This document shows, in pieces, positions 1 to 11,260 of a stretch of DNA of 64,000 bases; position 1 is the first letter of the stretch; each line of letters starts with the position of its first letter. This DNA comes from Patescibacteria group bacterium (GTDB lineage: Bacteria; Patescibacteriota; Minisyncoccia; Phycocordibacterales; UBA9973). Where the stretch lies: NCBI GenBank assembly GCA_038078255.1, contig JBBUEH010000002.1, positions 7,534 through 71,533 on the forward strand. The letters run 5' to 3'. The translations under genes and the position numbers were made by a program. The notes under the pieces are model-generated. The model did not search any database and was not told the DNA's origin. It was given only the letters and a program-made list of their open reading frames with translations.

Positions 1-376
1 TCACCTTGCACCCAGCCGAAATTTTCTTCATTAAGAGGTAGTCTTTAATCTGGAGTAGGGAATAATATTGCTTGAGGTAATTTACTTCTTCCGTTGCGCC
101 CAAATTCTCTTGCCCCCATTCGAGCTTGCGTCCGATTTCGTCGAGTTCACCGGAAAGGAGTGATCCAGAAACATTCTTACAAGAAAGCTCGGAGAGAAGT
201 GAAAATTGTGTTTCCGAAGAGAGAATGTTGATAGCGATTTTGTCTTGAATTGATTTTATTTGATCAATTCTTTTATCACCAAAATAATTACTCAAATAGC
301 TCGCAGTTAGAAAAAGACTGATGGTCAGAAGAAACACAATTAGATATTTTTTCCAATCAATATTGTTGTTATGCAT
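1..376 (-). CDS. Hypothetical membrane-anchored protein, 3' end runs off the window
   Basis: ATG at 376 opens a frame MHNNNIDWKKYLIVFLLTISLFLTASYLSNYFGDKRIDQIK... that stays open to the window edge; N-terminal hydrophobic helix; follows the GT2 gene. Confidence 0.7.
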   Translation of the reverse strand, partial: MHNNNIDWKKYLIVFLLTISLFLTASYLSNYFGDKRIDQIKSIQDKIAINILSSETQFSLLSELSCKNVSGSLLSGELDEIGRKLEWGQENLGATEEVNYLKQYYSLLQIKDYLLMKKISAGCKV

Positions 377-387
377 TATGGGTTAAT

Positions 388-1641
388 TTATCTCCAGGCT
401 GGTTTCCTGTTTAAAACAGTATTATAAAGCGCTTTTAAAAACCAGAAAGGAGCAAGGAGACGGAAAAGAATCAGGAAGTAAAACATGTTAAAAGAAAATA
501 CCCATTTACCTTCTGCCATTTTTCGCCCAAAAATTATTGCAAAAATAACAAAAGAATAAATAAATAATACTAAGAAAACAGAAGATCGAGTATCTATAAA
601 AAATAAATCGAAATTAAAAGTCGCTAGGCTTAAATTCCACCCCGTAGTGCTCAGAATTATAATTTTTGAATACAAAAAGTTGCCCAGATTGTAAACTATC
701 CTGCCAAAAAGATAACTCACCGCCAGAATAGAAACAACGCCGGTTGGTAAAGTAAAGAGAGCAAAATTCCCATACCTTTTCTTAAACAACACACTGCGAT
801 AATCAATTGTATTATTAATAAATCCGTAAATCCAACGAAGCCTTTGTTTATAGAGTTTCTTGATGGTGGTGGGTGTATTGGTATACACGAATGCATCATT
901 ACAGTGTTCGATTTTATATTCATTTTTTTGCATGCGATAGGCAATTTCCATATCTTCTGTATTGTGACCATGCGCATATGGCCCTAAGTCGTCGAATACT
1001 TTTTTCCTAAAAATCGTCAAGGGGCCCGGAGTCACATTGATTGCTCCCAAAAACCCAAGCATTTTTTTCGTATAAACACCCATGTGGTATTCAGCCTTTT
1101 GCGCCTTTTGTACAAAGTTTTTCGGATTATACACGGTCACCGAAGGAGCAACCGCCATCACACTCGCATCTTTTTCAAAATAACTCATAATGCGAACAAG
1201 GGCTTCGGGATCGGCGAAAGAATCAGCATCCAGACCACCAAAAAAATCTGTCTCCAGATGCTTAAGCCCTAGGTTGAGCGCAGTAAATTTACCACCATTT
1301 TCTTTGCGAAAAACTTTTATATTAGGATACTTTTCAAACTTGCGAATAATACTCCAAGTACCGTCAGTGGATCCATCATCCACCAGAAAAAGTTGGATTT
1401 TATCTTTCGGATAATTTAAATTTAAAAGGGAGCGAATTGTTTTATAAACAGTTTTTTCTTCATTCCAACACGGCACCACGATAGTCACCGCAGGATATTT
1501 AGATAATTTCACGACGCCATTTCGGGTAATTATTTTTTTTCTATTTTCTAAAAAAGTAACCAAGAAAAAGACCTGTACAAAGACAGAGAAAAAAATCAAA
1601 ATATAAAGTACTATATCTCCAGCTGATGCCATATCGCTCAA
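388..1641 (-). CDS. Family 2 processive glycosyltransferase (PgaC/IcaA/cellulose synthase-like)
   Basis: Motifs VDDGSTD, GGK, LDADS, TED and QRLRW (QxxRW); flanking transmembrane helices. Confidence 0.9.
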   Translation of the reverse strand: MSDMASAGDIVLYILIFFSVFVQVFFLVTFLENRKKIITRNGVVKLSKYPAVTIVVPCWNEEKTVYKTIRSLLNLNYPKDKIQLFLVDDGSTDGTWSIIRKFEKYPNIKVFRKENGGKFTALNLGLKHLETDFFGGLDADSFADPEALVRIMSYFEKDASVMAVAPSVTVYNPKNFVQKAQKAEYHMGVYTKKMLGFLGAINVTPGPLTIFRKKVFDDLGPYAHGHNTEDMEIAYRMQKNEYKIEHCNDAFVYTNTPTTIKKLYKQRLRWIYGFINNTIDYRSVLFKKRYGNFALFTLPTGVVSILAVSYLFGRIVYNLGNFLYSKIIILSTTGWNLSLATFNFDLFFIDTRSSVFLVLFIYSFVIFAIIFGRKMAEGKWVFSFNMFYFLILFRLLAPFWFLKALYNTVLNRKPAWR

Positions 1642-1697
1642 TATTAACTCAAGATTAATATAGCATTTATAGAGTTAAATGTAAATCGAAACTATTT

Positions 1698-1991
1698 TTA
1701 CATATTTTGCTCTCCAGCCGGAACCTGGCAAGAAGAACAAGAAGCGCAGGCTGTCATGCATTTCTTGCACTTGCAACCGATAAGCTTCATCACCGCCGCC
1801 ACTCCCACCAAAAGATAAACAACCGCCTCCAGGGTAGCCATGGAACCTAGAATCATGTGCACAACATTCCAAGAATCCATCTTTCCCAAAAGCATCCCCA
1901 GTCCGACCAAACCCCAATTCAACCCTCCGATCACGACTAAAACTTTTATCGTCATCGACACAGCACATCCACCCCATTTGCAATTACACAT
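1698..1991 (-). CDS. DUF378-like small membrane protein with Cys-rich termini
   Basis: LVVIGGLNWGLVG and VVYLLVGVAA signature; CKCKKC..CASCSSC tail. Confidence 0.75.
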   Translation of the reverse strand: MCNCKWGGCAVSMTIKVLVVIGGLNWGLVGLGMLLGKMDSWNVVHMILGSMATLEAVVYLLVGVAAVMKLIGCKCKKCMTACASCSSCQVPAGEQNM

Positions 1992-2087
1992 ATATTTATT
2001 AATTGTTAATTTATAATACTATTATTATAGCATATTGCTAAAAATATGTTACAATGGGGTTATTAATAATTAATAACAAATAAACTA

Positions 2088-2837
2088 ATGGAGGAAAATA
2101 ATTTAGAAAACAAAATGGCAAGTGTGCAGAATACAAATCAAGGCAATGGCCAGAAGCAGATTGTCGGAGCGATTATAATAGCTGGAATCATTATCGCTGG
2201 AGCAATTTTATTAAAAGGAACCAATACAGGAACCACGGCAGGAACTGGAGGCACCGTGACAAAAGTATCCACGGCTAAAAAAATAGGCCTGAATGTGAAA
2301 TCCTTTCAAGCTTGTTTGGCTAGTGGAAAATTCAAAGATAAAATCCAGGCCGACATTGACGATGGATCGAGGGCCGGCGTAAATGGAACACCCTCTTCCT
2401 TTATACTCAGAGATGGTGTCGTTGTTGACAATATCGGAGGCGCTCAACCGCTTGAACAAGTAATGCAAAAAGTTGCAGATGCATTAGCAAACAAGAAAAA
2501 CCCAACACCAACGCAAGTCAGGCCAGTATCGCCAGATGAGCATATCTTAGGAAATATTAATGCTAAAATAATTATCGTGGAATATTCAGACCTTGAATGT
2601 CCATTCTGTAAAGTATTCCACAACACTATGCATCAAGTGGTTGAAAAAAGTAATGGAGAGGTTGCTTGGGTATACAGACACTATCCAATCGCCCAGCTTC
2701 ATTCAAAAGCTTTTCGTGAAGCAGAAGCAACAGAGTGCGCATGGGAACAAGGAGGGAATGACACTTTTTGGAAATACACTGACAAAATTTTTGAGATTAC
2801 CCCATCCAACAATCGCCTCGAGGAGTCAGAGCTTTAG
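2088..2837 (+). CDS. DsbA-family thiol-disulfide oxidoreductase, apparently circularly permuted
   Basis: EYSDLECPFC active site, VYRHYP, GVNGTP cis-Pro loop and GAQP; N-terminal transmembrane anchor. Confidence 0.85.
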   Translation: MEENNLENKMASVQNTNQGNGQKQIVGAIIIAGIIIAGAILLKGTNTGTTAGTGGTVTKVSTAKKIGLNVKSFQACLASGKFKDKIQADIDDGSRAGVNGTPSSFILRDGVVVDNIGGAQPLEQVMQKVADALANKKNPTPTQVRPVSPDEHILGNINAKIIIVEYSDLECPFCKVFHNTMHQVVEKSNGEVAWVYRHYPIAQLHSKAFREAEATECAWEQGGNDTFWKYTDKIFEITPSNNRLEESEL

Positions 2838-2865
2838 AGAAATAATTTAACATCTTTAAAATAAA

Positions 2866-3126
2866 ATGGGGGAAAAAACTAATTCATGGAAAGCTACTCC
2901 CGAAGAATTGGAAAACTTTAGAAGCAGGGCAGAAAGAACACGGGAAAAACAAAAAGAACATCGAGCACCAGCGAAGAAAGATCTTGAGGCAACTATTTTG
3001 CAAATTGAAGAATGGCTGAAAGATCAAGAACAAAAAAGAAATTCAGGTGAGGAAATAGATAAAACCCAAATTGAAAGAGAAAAAGAAAGACTTGCTCAAC
3101 TTCGACAAGAACTAGAAAGTTTATAA
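2866..3126 (+). CDS. Small charged coiled-coil hypothetical protein
   Basis: 86-aa E/K/R-rich ORF filling the gap between DsbA and RAYT. Confidence 0.6.
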   Translation: MGEKTNSWKATPEELENFRSRAERTREKQKEHRAPAKKDLEATILQIEEWLKDQEQKRNSGEEIDKTQIEREKERLAQLRQELESL

Positions 3127-3130
3127 TAAA

Positions 3131-3153
3131 TGAGCAAGGGTAGTCCTTGCTCA
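3131..3153. repeat. REP-like hairpin upstream of RAYT
   Basis: TGAGCAAGG-GTAGT-CCTTGCTCA; exact reverse complement of the core at 3862-3884. Confidence 0.9.
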
Positions 3154-3180
3154 TTATTTGAGTTTGTGTATAATATATAG

Positions 3181-3864
3181 ATGTATCGTAAAGCTCCATT
3201 TATTGAAAATGAACACTATCATATTTATTCTCGAGGAGTAGAAAAACGAAAAATTTTTCTTAATACAAAAGACTATAACCGTTTTGTGGCTCTTTTATAT
3301 ATTATGAATCAAAACATATCATTTAGAATGGATAATTTTTTGCGTAATGGAGAAAAAGACCTGGGAGAAATTTTCAAAGAGAAAAGGGGGGAAACTTTAG
3401 TGTCAATTCTAGGTTATTGTCTTATGCCAAATCATTTTCATATAATTTTATATGAACACACGGAGGGTGGGATTAGTAAATTCATGGGAAAACTTTTAAC
3501 CGCTTATTCAATGTATTTTAATACTAAATATGAGCGAAGTGGTCCCCTATTTACGCATCCTTTTAGATCAGAACACATTAAAGACGAGCCACAGTATATG
3601 TATATATTTTCTTATTTACACCTTAATCCACTTTCAATCATTTATAAAGAGTGGAAAGAAAATGGTATCAAAAATCGCCAAGAAGCAGAAAAATTTTTGA
3701 GAGAGTATAAATTTTCAAGCTATCAAGACTTTCTAGAAAAAGATCGATTGGAATCAGCAATTATTGATTTTATTCGTATCCCAAAATATATCAAGAATAT
3801 GAAATTAAATATAAAAACACAAGAACAAATATTTTCTGATAAAAGATCCATCGAGAAGCTTTGA
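3181..3864 (+). mobile_element. REP-associated tyrosine transposase (RAYT, IS200/Y1 HUH family)
   Basis: YHIYSRG, YCLMPNHFH (HUH motif), YLHLNP, YKFSSY; bracketed by inverted REP hairpins. Confidence 0.9.
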
Positions 3865-3890
3865 GCAAGGACTACCCTTGCTCAAAGCTT
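3856..3890. repeat. REP-like hairpin downstream of RAYT, possibly also a bidirectional terminator
   Basis: AAGCTTTGAGCAAGG-ACTAC-CCTTGCTCAAAGCTT between the convergent RAYT and rpoD stops. Confidence 0.9.
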
Positions 3891-5107
3891 TAATCAAAAT
3901 AATTTTTTAACCGTGCTATTTTTTCATGCTGGCGGAGTTTTTCGTGGACCTTCGCTTCGATTTGACGAATTCGTTCACGGGTTACATGAAATTCTTCGCC
4001 TACTCGCTCTAGGGTGTGCTGGATGCCATCTTTTAATCCATAGCGCATTTCTAAAATTCTACGCTCTTTCTCATTTAGTTCATCTAAGACTTCTTTAATT
4101 TGATCAGAAAGAATTCGACGAGAAGATTCTTGATCAGGACGCAAAATTTTATCATCTGGAATAAAGTTCTCCAGTGTTGATTTGTCGTCATCATCCCCCA
4201 CTGGTTGTTCAAGCGATACTGTCTCTTGCGAGATATTTTCAATCACATGAATTTTCTCCACTGGAAGACCCATTTCAGTCGCAATTTCTTCCGCCAACGG
4301 TTCACGACCTAAGTCTTGAGAGAGTCTACGGTGGGTTTGTTTATATTTAGAAATTGTTTCCACCATATGCACCGGTATACGAATAGTTCTCGACTGATCA
4401 GCCAATGCTCGAGTGATCGATTGGCGAATCCACCAAGTCGCATAAGTAGAAAATTTATACCCCTTCGTCCAATCAAATTTCTCTACCGCTTTGAACAAAC
4501 CCAAGTTCCCTTCCTGAATAAGGTCCAGGAGGGTCAGGTTGGCAGACCTGCCGGTATACTTTTTAGCAATAGAAACCACCAGACGCAAATTTGCTCGAGC
4601 TAATAAATTTTTTGCTTCTAAGTCGCCGTGTTCAATCCGTTTTGCCAGTTCCTTTTCTTCGCTTGCATGAATAAGCGGATACTGGCCTATTTCTTTGAGA
4701 TACATTTGAATAGAATCAGACATGATCGACTTGTTGATATCTTTATCAGACTGATCGTTGTCGAGGTTGAGCAGATTCCCCCCCTCCAACACATCGATTC
4801 CAGCAATACCGAATTTTTCATAAAGTTCATCTAAAAATAAAATATTATTTTCAATATCGGGAAAAGTTTTCAATATTTCATCGTAGGTGACGAACCCTCT
4901 TTTGCGCCCTTTTTCTATGAGTTCCTGCGATAAACGATCCAGATTTTCAGCTTTTCTTTCAGCTGAAGACAGTTTTCCGTCTTTTCGGCGGATCGCCGAT
5001 GAGACGATTTTTTTAAAAATCTTCTTCTTTGCTTTTTTGAAAATCTTTTTTTTCTTCTTTATAACTTTGATTTTTTTATTCAATTTTTTATTTTTCTTTT
5101 TTTTCAT
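3890..5107 (-). CDS. rpoD: RNA polymerase primary sigma factor
   Basis: [44 protein letters not shown]; Lys-rich N-terminus. Confidence 0.97.
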   Translation of the reverse strand: MKKKKNKKLNKKIKVIKKKKKIFKKAKKKIFKKIVSSAIRRKDGKLSSAERKAENLDRLSQELIEKGRKRGFVTYDEILKTFPDIENNILFLDELYEKFGIAGIDVLEGGNLLNLDNDQSDKDINKSIMSDSIQMYLKEIGQYPLIHASEEKELAKRIEHGDLEAKNLLARANLRLVVSIAKKYTGRSANLTLLDLIQEGNLGLFKAVEKFDWTKGYKFSTYATWWIRQSITRALADQSRTIRIPVHMVETISKYKQTHRRLSQDLGREPLAEEIATEMGLPVEKIHVIENISQETVSLEQPVGDDDDKSTLENFIPDDKILRPDQESSRRILSDQIKEVLDELNEKERRILEMRYGLKDGIQHTLERVGEEFHVTRERIRQIEAKVHEKLRQHEKIARLKNYFD

Positions 5108-6785
5108 GCTTTTTTTTATTTAACTCTTGTATTTCTTGTAATAGCTTGATCTCATCCGATTTGTCTTTGACTGCATGAAGCTCTTTCATTTTCTGCGACA
5201 GCTCTTCGTTTATTTTTTCTGTTTCTAGATTAGTAAGTAAATGGTCAATTTCCTTCTGCAAATCTTCACTATTTTGATAAAATACTTCTGCTTCAAAAAT
5301 TAAATCATCTTTTTCATTTCGGTATTTTTCTAAAGATACTCCCAGAATCTTCTCCAATTCATTATTCTGTTTCCAGAAAGCAATTCCTGCTAGTCTTCTC
5401 TCAATATAATCTTTTCGATACATCTTCGCAAGAGATTCTTCTGCCTCAATAATTTCTTTCTTTTCACTCTTTAACTCTTGCTCGACTTTCTGAAAATCAT
5501 CTTTGAGCGCAGACTCTGAAATTCCTGACAAATCGCTGATTTTTTTTATAAAATGCATTTTTTCTATCGAACTTTCGATGGCTCCGACAAATGGCAGTAC
5601 CTTATCTTTTATTTCTCTGCCAGCTTTGCGCATGTCATCCTTAGAATCCCTTAAAACTTTTTCTAGTATAAATTCTATTATGTGCTTCGAATTTTTTATT
5701 GCTTCTTTCCATGCCTCAGCGCCTTCCTTGAAAATCAAATCTGCTGGATCTACTCCCTCGAGCATTGATGCAACTTTTACATCCATCCCCAAGGATAGCG
5801 CAATGCGACCTGCGCGCAATGAAGCATTGAAACCTGCTTTGTCTGCATCGAATGCTAATACAACGTTTGGAGTAAGACGGCGAATCAGTCCAAGATTAGA
5901 AACTGTATTTTCTTTAGAAAGAGTGCTATCAGCAAGCGCAGTACCAGATGTTGCAATAGTATTTTTATATCCTGCCTGATGCGATAGTACTAAATCCATC
6001 TGACCTTCAACTAAAATTGAGAAATTATTCTTGCGAATAGATTCTTTGGCTTTGTCTAATCCATAAAGCACTGCATTTTTACTAAAAATAGGCGTTTCTG
6101 GACTGTTTAAATATTTCGCTGATTTCCCATCATCTATAAATATCCTACCAGAAAAAGCTATAATTCTGCCAGATGAATCTCCGATTGGGAACATCACTCG
6201 TCCGCGAAATCTGTCATACATAGCCTTGTTCTTATCTTCAGGATGTTTGGCCAACCCTGCTTTTTCTATTTCACTATCAGAAAAATTTTTAGATTTTAAA
6301 TAATCATAGAGTTTACGCCAGTCGAGCAAAGCAAACCCAATTCTGAAATCTTTAATACTTTTTTCTGTTAGCCCGCGAGATTTCAAATATTCTAGCGCTT
6401 CAATATTTCCAGCTAAATTATTTTCAAAAAACAAACTTGCCTCTTCCGTTACTCTGTATAACTTTTCTTTTTCACTTTCGGCTTCCTTCATTTCTTTACT
6501 GTAAACTTCAAGTGGGATTCCAGCTTTATTTGCCAGAAGTTTCAACGCTCCTCTGAAATCCAATCCCTCAAATTCTTCTACGAAAGTAAAGATATCTCCT
6601 GAAGCCCCGCAACCAAAACAATAATAACTTCCTCGATCGGGCGAGACAAAAAAGGACGGAGTTTTTTCGTTGTGAAAAGGACACTTGGCCTTCAGGTTTG
6701 CTCCTGCCCTTTCTAATTTTATATAAGTAGAGACTACTTCTTCGATTGTCAGTCTCTCCTTAATTTGTGAAACGGGTGAATTCAT
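5088..6785 (-). CDS. dnaG: DNA primase
   Basis: [11 protein letters not shown] zinc finger, [26 protein letters not shown] motifs. Confidence 0.97.
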   Translation of the reverse strand: MNSPVSQIKERLTIEEVVSTYIKLERAGANLKAKCPFHNEKTPSFFVSPDRGSYYCFGCGASGDIFTFVEEFEGLDFRGALKLLANKAGIPLEVYSKEMKEAESEKEKLYRVTEEASLFFENNLAGNIEALEYLKSRGLTEKSIKDFRIGFALLDWRKLYDYLKSKNFSDSEIEKAGLAKHPEDKNKAMYDRFRGRVMFPIGDSSGRIIAFSGRIFIDDGKSAKYLNSPETPIFSKNAVLYGLDKAKESIRKNNFSILVEGQMDLVLSHQAGYKNTIATSGTALADSTLSKENTVSNLGLIRRLTPNVVLAFDADKAGFNASLRAGRIALSLGMDVKVASMLEGVDPADLIFKEGAEAWKEAIKNSKHIIEFILEKVLRDSKDDMRKAGREIKDKVLPFVGAIESSIEKMHFIKKISDLSGISESALKDDFQKVEQELKSEKKEIIEAEESLAKMYRKDYIERRLAGIAFWKQNNELEKILGVSLEKYRNEKDDLIFEAEVFYQNSEDLQKEIDHLLTNLETEKINEELSQKMKELHAVKDKSDEIKLLQEIQELNKKKHEKKEK

Positions 6786-6791
6786 AATTAA

Positions 6792-7019
6792 TTATTTTGT
6801 AAACTTAAATGTAGAAAGAATTTGATCAGCTTTCTCAAAAGAACCGCTAACAGAAACCATAAATCCATCACCGTTTTTATTAAAAACAGCTGGTTGTGTT
6901 GTTGCTTGAGTTGTTGGCTTTGTTTTCTGTAACCAAACAAAATAACCTGTTATCCCCAAAAGTACAACCAGCACCCCAATGAAAACTAGACTAGTAAAAC
7001 CTTTTTGATTATTTTTCAT
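6792..7019 (-). CDS. Short membrane-anchored protein with pilin-type leader and STFKFTK C-terminus, probably internally deleted
   Basis: MKNNQKGF followed by a hydrophobic helix; C-terminus DQILSTFKFTK resembles that of 11722-12357; start moved to ATG 7019. Confidence 0.6.
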   Translation of the reverse strand: MKNNQKGFTSLVFIGVLVVLLGITGYFVWLQKTKPTTQATTQPAVFNKNGDGFMVSVSGSFEKADQILSTFKFTK

Positions 7020-7072
7020 ATTGTTTTTGGTTATGTCATTATTGGGCTTATAAAATAATGCTATTTTTAGAC

Positions 7073-7100
7073 TTGACACATACTCGACATTTGCTATACT
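7073..7100 (+). promoter_or_regulatory. Sigma70 promoter convergent on PemK-like gene A
   Basis: TTGACA(7073-78)-16 nt-TATACT(7095-7100) with extended TG. Confidence 0.75.
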
Positions 7101-7106
7101 TTACTC

Positions 7107-7164
7107 GTAAATGCTTTCCTTGTCGAAAGCTCCGAGAAACCCCCGAAAGGGGGTTTCGTATTTT
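7107..7164 (+). ncRNA. Putative small RNA A (two hairpins), candidate antitoxin RNA
   Basis: GCTTTC/GAAAGC stem, TCCGA linker, GAAACCCCC-GAAA-GGGGGTTTC stem and T-run; same layout as 11265-11317. Confidence 0.6.
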
Positions 7165-7543
7165 ATACAATCTTACCTATTTTTACTTTTATCTCTTTTA
7201 ACTCTTCGTTCTCTATTTTACCCATAAGTCTTAATAATCTTTTTGCGTCAAAAAGTCTAACTTGCGAAAGTATTACCGTTGAATCAGAAAAAGAAATTAA
7301 TCTATGATAATATTTTCCATCTTTATTTTCATTTGAAGTTAAAGGAACTCCTAAAAATATATTATTGTTAAACTTTCTTACAATAAGAATTGGTCTTTCA
7401 AAAGTAGAATTTTTACCATCTTCTTCGTCTCCTATATTTTTACCTATTGATGTAAACCATACATCGCCTTTATGGAAATAAGCTCTTTTAGCTAAAGATA
7501 ATTGTTTTTTATTAATATTCCAATCATCATATTCTTTTTCCAT
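7163..7543 (-). CDS. PemK/MazF-like endoribonuclease toxin A, no adjacent protein antitoxin
   Basis: GDVWFTSIGKNIGDEEDGK..FERPILIV, GVPLTS, ILSQVRLFDAKRL; likely start MEKEY at 7543. Confidence 0.85.
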   Translation of the reverse strand: MEKEYDDWNINKKQLSLAKRAYFHKGDVWFTSIGKNIGDEEDGKNSTFERPILIVRKFNNNIFLGVPLTSNENKDGKYYHRLISFSDSTVILSQVRLFDAKRLLRLMGKIENEELKEIKVKIGKIV

Positions 7544-7553
7544 ATTTTTATTA

Positions 7554-10500
7554 TCAGGAAACAATATTCTTACTTTTAAACCCTGTCCCAGCCGGAATTA
7601 GTCTTCCAATTATCACATTTTCTTTTAGACCTCGGAGAGAATCCACGCCACCCTTGATGGCATTTTCGATCAGCACCCGGTTAGTGTTTTGGAACGAGGC
7701 GGCAGAGAGCCAGCTTTTAGTGCGTAGTGATACTTCCGTAATGCCCAGCACCACTGTTTCGGCTTTTGCTTCTTTTCCACCTGACTGTTCAATTCTGACA
7801 TTCTCTTCTATGAGTGAAGTATTTTCAACGATATCACCGATAGAAAAATTCGTATCGCCTGCATCTTTTATTTTTCGACGAGAAAACATCTGGCGAATAA
7901 TTATTTCTGTGTGCTTTCGAGAAATCGAAGCGCTTTGTAATTCATAAACTTTATTTATTTCACGAATGATATATTCCTCAACAAATTCTTTGCCACCCCA
8001 TTTAAAAATTTCAGCAATATCAGCAGAACCATCAGTCAGAAGCTCTCCCGCTCCAACACGATCCCCTACCTTAACAATAGGCACTCTACGAAAGGCTACT
8101 GTATATTCCATCTCGTTTGGTTTACCATCAACTTTTGTATCTGATAATATTTTGATTACCTTTTCTTTCCCACCTACTCCGCCAGAAGCTGAATCTTTGG
8201 CTGTGATAGAAATAACCTCTCCGTTGGTTTCGGAAATAATTGCCGGATTTTTAGGAATTCTTCTTTCAAATATTTCTTCCACCCGAGGTAGCCCAGTGGT
8301 GATGTCTGTGCCAGCCACTCCTCCAGCATGAAAGGTGCGAAGGGTGAGCTGAGTTCCCGGCTCGCCTATCGCTTGAGCGGCAATGATCCCCACAGCTTCG
8401 CCCTGCTCCACTAGGCGATTCCGCCCCAGATCCAATCCGTAACACTGAACGCAAAGTCCATGAACAGTGTGACAAGTCAGTGGAGAACGAACAAAAACTT
8501 CTGTGAAACCCGCTTCTTCAATGTTGTATGCTTCTTCTTTGGTCACTAAAAATCCTCTCTTATAAACAGTTTTACCATTTTTGTCTTTCAGGTCTCCTGC
8601 TAAGATGCGCCCTCGAATATTTTTGGAAAGCGGAATTTCAATTCCAGAAATATTTTCTTTCGAAACAATCTTCCCTTCTTTAGTACCACAATCTTCTTCA
8701 GTAACAACCACATCCTGCGCCACATCAACCAATCTTCGGGTTAAATATCCAGCCTTGGCAGTATTGAGCGCAGTGTCAGAAGCGCCCTTTCTAGCGCCAT
8801 GAGTAATAACGAAATATTCAATCGGAGAAAGCCCTTCTTGATAACAAGGAATAATCGGAAACTCCAGTGTCCTCCCTTGGTTGTTTTGAATAAGTCCAAT
8901 CATTCCCGTCATTTGCATCAGAGAGCTCATCGTCCCTCGAGCCTTCGAAGTAAATAAATCATAAGTGGAACCGTTTTTTTCAAGCGTATTAGGTAGAACT
9001 TTCTCTAAATTTTTCTTGGTATGTGTCCAAATTTCAATAATTTTTTGATATTTTTCTTCTTCGGAAAGCAGACCTTCGTTCCACTGTGATATTATATCTT
9101 CTTCCAGTTTTTTGCCCTGCGCTATAATTTTGGGTTTCTCGGGGGGCACCGAAACATTATCCAACCCCCAGGTTGTACCAGAAACAGTTGAATATTTAAA
9201 ACCAAAGGCCTTAATCTTGTCTAAAATAGCAGGGGTATCGTCTATGCCATATTGCATAATGAGCTCATCTAGGAGCATGGACAATCTACCTTGGGTCATT
9301 TCATCATTCACATAGAAAAAATTAGAGGGTAGAATACTGTTGAAAAGTAATTTTCCGACAGAGGTGTCAAAAATTTTTCCATTAAATTTTTTGTATTTAT
9401 CTGAATCTGTGGCTAGCACTTTTATCTTCGCTCGAAGAGATACCACTCCGTATTCGTAAGCCAGAATTGCTGTATTGGGATTCGAAAAGTATTTGCCTTC
9501 ACCCTGTTCTCCATCAATATCTTTCGTCATCCAATAAGAACCAAGCACGATGTCCATACTGGGATGCACTATCGGATCGCCATTTTGGGGCTTGAGCAGA
9601 TTCTTATTTGATGCCATCAAATCCTTGGCTTCTCGTTGCGCTTCTTCAAGGAGAGGCACATAGACTGCCATTTGGTCTCCATCAAAGTCAGCATTGAAAG
9701 CCTGACATACTAGGGGGTGAACCTGAATAGCATTTCCTTCAATCAAAATAGGATTAAAAGCCTGGATACCCAGACGATGCAGAGTCGGCGCGCGGTTCAA
9801 AAGAACGAATTTACCTTTAATCACTTCTTCTAAAATGGCCCAGATTTCTCCTCCTCTCTCTTCTATCAATTTATTGGCACCCCGAATATTGAAGGCCAGT
9901 TCGGCGTGTAAAATTTTCGAAATTATAAATGGTTTGAAAAGTTCTAGCGCCATGTGTTTAGGCAATCCGCATTGATTTAATTTAAGTTCGGGGCCAACCA
10001 CAATAACTGAACGACCAGAATAGTCCACTCGTTTCCCGAGCAAATTCTGACGGAAGAGTCCCTGTTTCGATTTCAAGTTATCGGAAAGAGATTTCAACGG
10101 TCGTTTTTGAGACTGACTCATAGCGGCATTATCATTTTGTTTGGCAATAGAGTTGTCAATCAATGCATCCACTGCTTCTTGAATAATTCTTTTTTCATTT
10201 CGCAGAATAACATCCGGAGCGTTAATTTCTTTCAACTTCTTTAAACGATTATTTCTGTTGATCACTCGACGATAAAGATCGTTTAAGTCAGAGGTTGCAT
10301 GTCTCCCCCCGTCTAGCGCCACCATCGGACGAAGGACGGGCGGAATAACTGGAATAGTGGTTAAGAACATCCACTCGGGACGAATTCCCGCATAATTCAT
10401 CGCCCGAAGAAGCGAAAGCCTTTTTTGCAATTTTTCTTTTTCAGCCATACTGGCCTTCTCTAGCATTTTTTCGGTGTGAACTTTTAATTTGTTTAAATCA

Positions 10501-11174
10501 AGATTTTTAAAAATAGAATAGATCGCTTCAGCGCCAATGTTGGCTTCAAAGCAAGTTCCGTATTTCAAAGAATAATGATGAAAAGAAATTTCATTAAGCA
10601 CTTTCCCTTCGTAGATTTCTCCAATTTCCTTTTTCGTAATGGAAAGTAAATTTTTCAATTTCTCTCGGGTATCGTCATCATTCGCATTTTTTAACTTCGC
10701 TTTGTATTCTTTATCTAAACCGGTCATTAATTTTTCTTTTTCTTCTTCGTGCACACGAGTTATGATGTAACCAGCAAAATATATTACCTTTTCAAGGTCC
10801 GAGACAGAAATGTTCAACAAGATGCTCATTCGAGAAGGCACCCCCCTTAAGAACCAAATATGCGACACCGGAGTAGAAAGTTCAATATGCCCCATTCGTT
10901 CTCGTCTGACTATCGAACGAGTCACTTCCACTCCGCATTTCTCGCAAATAATATCTTTGTAACGGATGCGGCGATATTTTCCACAATAACATTCATAATC
11001 TTTTTCCGGTCCGAATATTTTTTCATCAAAAAGACCCCCTCGCTCAGACCTCCCTGTACGATAATTTATCGTTTCGGGCTTGGTTACTTCGCCATAAGAC
11101 CATTCTTTAATCTGCTCCGGTGAAGCCAAACGAAGCGCAATACTATCAAAATCAGTGGTGTTTAAAGTTTTCAT
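7554..11174 (-). CDS. rpoC: RNA polymerase beta' subunit
   Basis: NADFDGDQM catalytic motif, zinc-finger cysteines, GEPGTQLT. Confidence 0.99.
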   Translation of the reverse strand: MKTLNTTDFDSIALRLASPEQIKEWSYGEVTKPETINYRTGRSERGGLFDEKIFGPEKDYECYCGKYRRIRYKDIICEKCGVEVTRSIVRRERMGHIELSTPVSHIWFLRGVPSRMSILLNISVSDLEKVIYFAGYIITRVHEEEKEKLMTGLDKEYKAKLKNANDDDTREKLKNLLSITKKEIGEIYEGKVLNEISFHHYSLKYGTCFEANIGAEAIYSIFKNLDLNKLKVHTEKMLEKASMAEKEKLQKRLSLLRAMNYAGIRPEWMFLTTIPVIPPVLRPMVALDGGRHATSDLNDLYRRVINRNNRLKKLKEINAPDVILRNEKRIIQEAVDALIDNSIAKQNDNAAMSQSQKRPLKSLSDNLKSKQGLFRQNLLGKRVDYSGRSVIVVGPELKLNQCGLPKHMALELFKPFIISKILHAELAFNIRGANKLIEERGGEIWAILEEVIKGKFVLLNRAPTLHRLGIQAFNPILIEGNAIQVHPLVCQAFNADFDGDQMAVYVPLLEEAQREAKDLMASNKNLLKPQNGDPIVHPSMDIVLGSYWMTKDIDGEQGEGKYFSNPNTAILAYEYGVVSLRAKIKVLATDSDKYKKFNGKIFDTSVGKLLFNSILPSNFFYVNDEMTQGRLSMLLDELIMQYGIDDTPAILDKIKAFGFKYSTVSGTTWGLDNVSVPPEKPKIIAQGKKLEEDIISQWNEGLLSEEEKYQKIIEIWTHTKKNLEKVLPNTLEKNGSTYDLFTSKARGTMSSLMQMTGMIGLIQNNQGRTLEFPIIPCYQEGLSPIEYFVITHGARKGASDTALNTAKAGYLTRRLVDVAQDVVVTEEDCGTKEGKIVSKENISGIEIPLSKNIRGRILAGDLKDKNGKTVYKRGFLVTKEEAYNIEEAGFTEVFVRSPLTCHTVHGLCVQCYGLDLGRNRLVEQGEAVGIIAAQAIGEPGTQLTLRTFHAGGVAGTDITTGLPRVEEIFERRIPKNPAIISETNGEVISITAKDSASGGVGGKEKVIKILSDTKVDGKPNEMEYTVAFRRVPIVKVGDRVGAGELLTDGSADIAEIFKWGGKEFVEEYIIREINKVYELQSASISRKHTEIIIRQMFSRRKIKDAGDTNFSIGDIVENTSLIEENVRIEQSGGKEAKAETVVLGITEVSLRTKSWLSAASFQNTNRVLIENAIKGGVDSLRGLKENVIIGRLIPAGTGFKSKNIVS

Positions 11175-11232
11175 GTTATTGTTTCTTTGCTTTTAATAAT
11201 AATTTCTTATTTTGTTAATCTACTCCACCTCC

Positions 11233-11260
11233 TTGACTTTTATATTCATTGGTTTATACT
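11233..11260 (+). promoter_or_regulatory. Sigma70 promoter convergent on PemK-like gene B
   Basis: TTGACT(11233-38)-16 nt-TATACT(11255-60). Confidence 0.75.
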
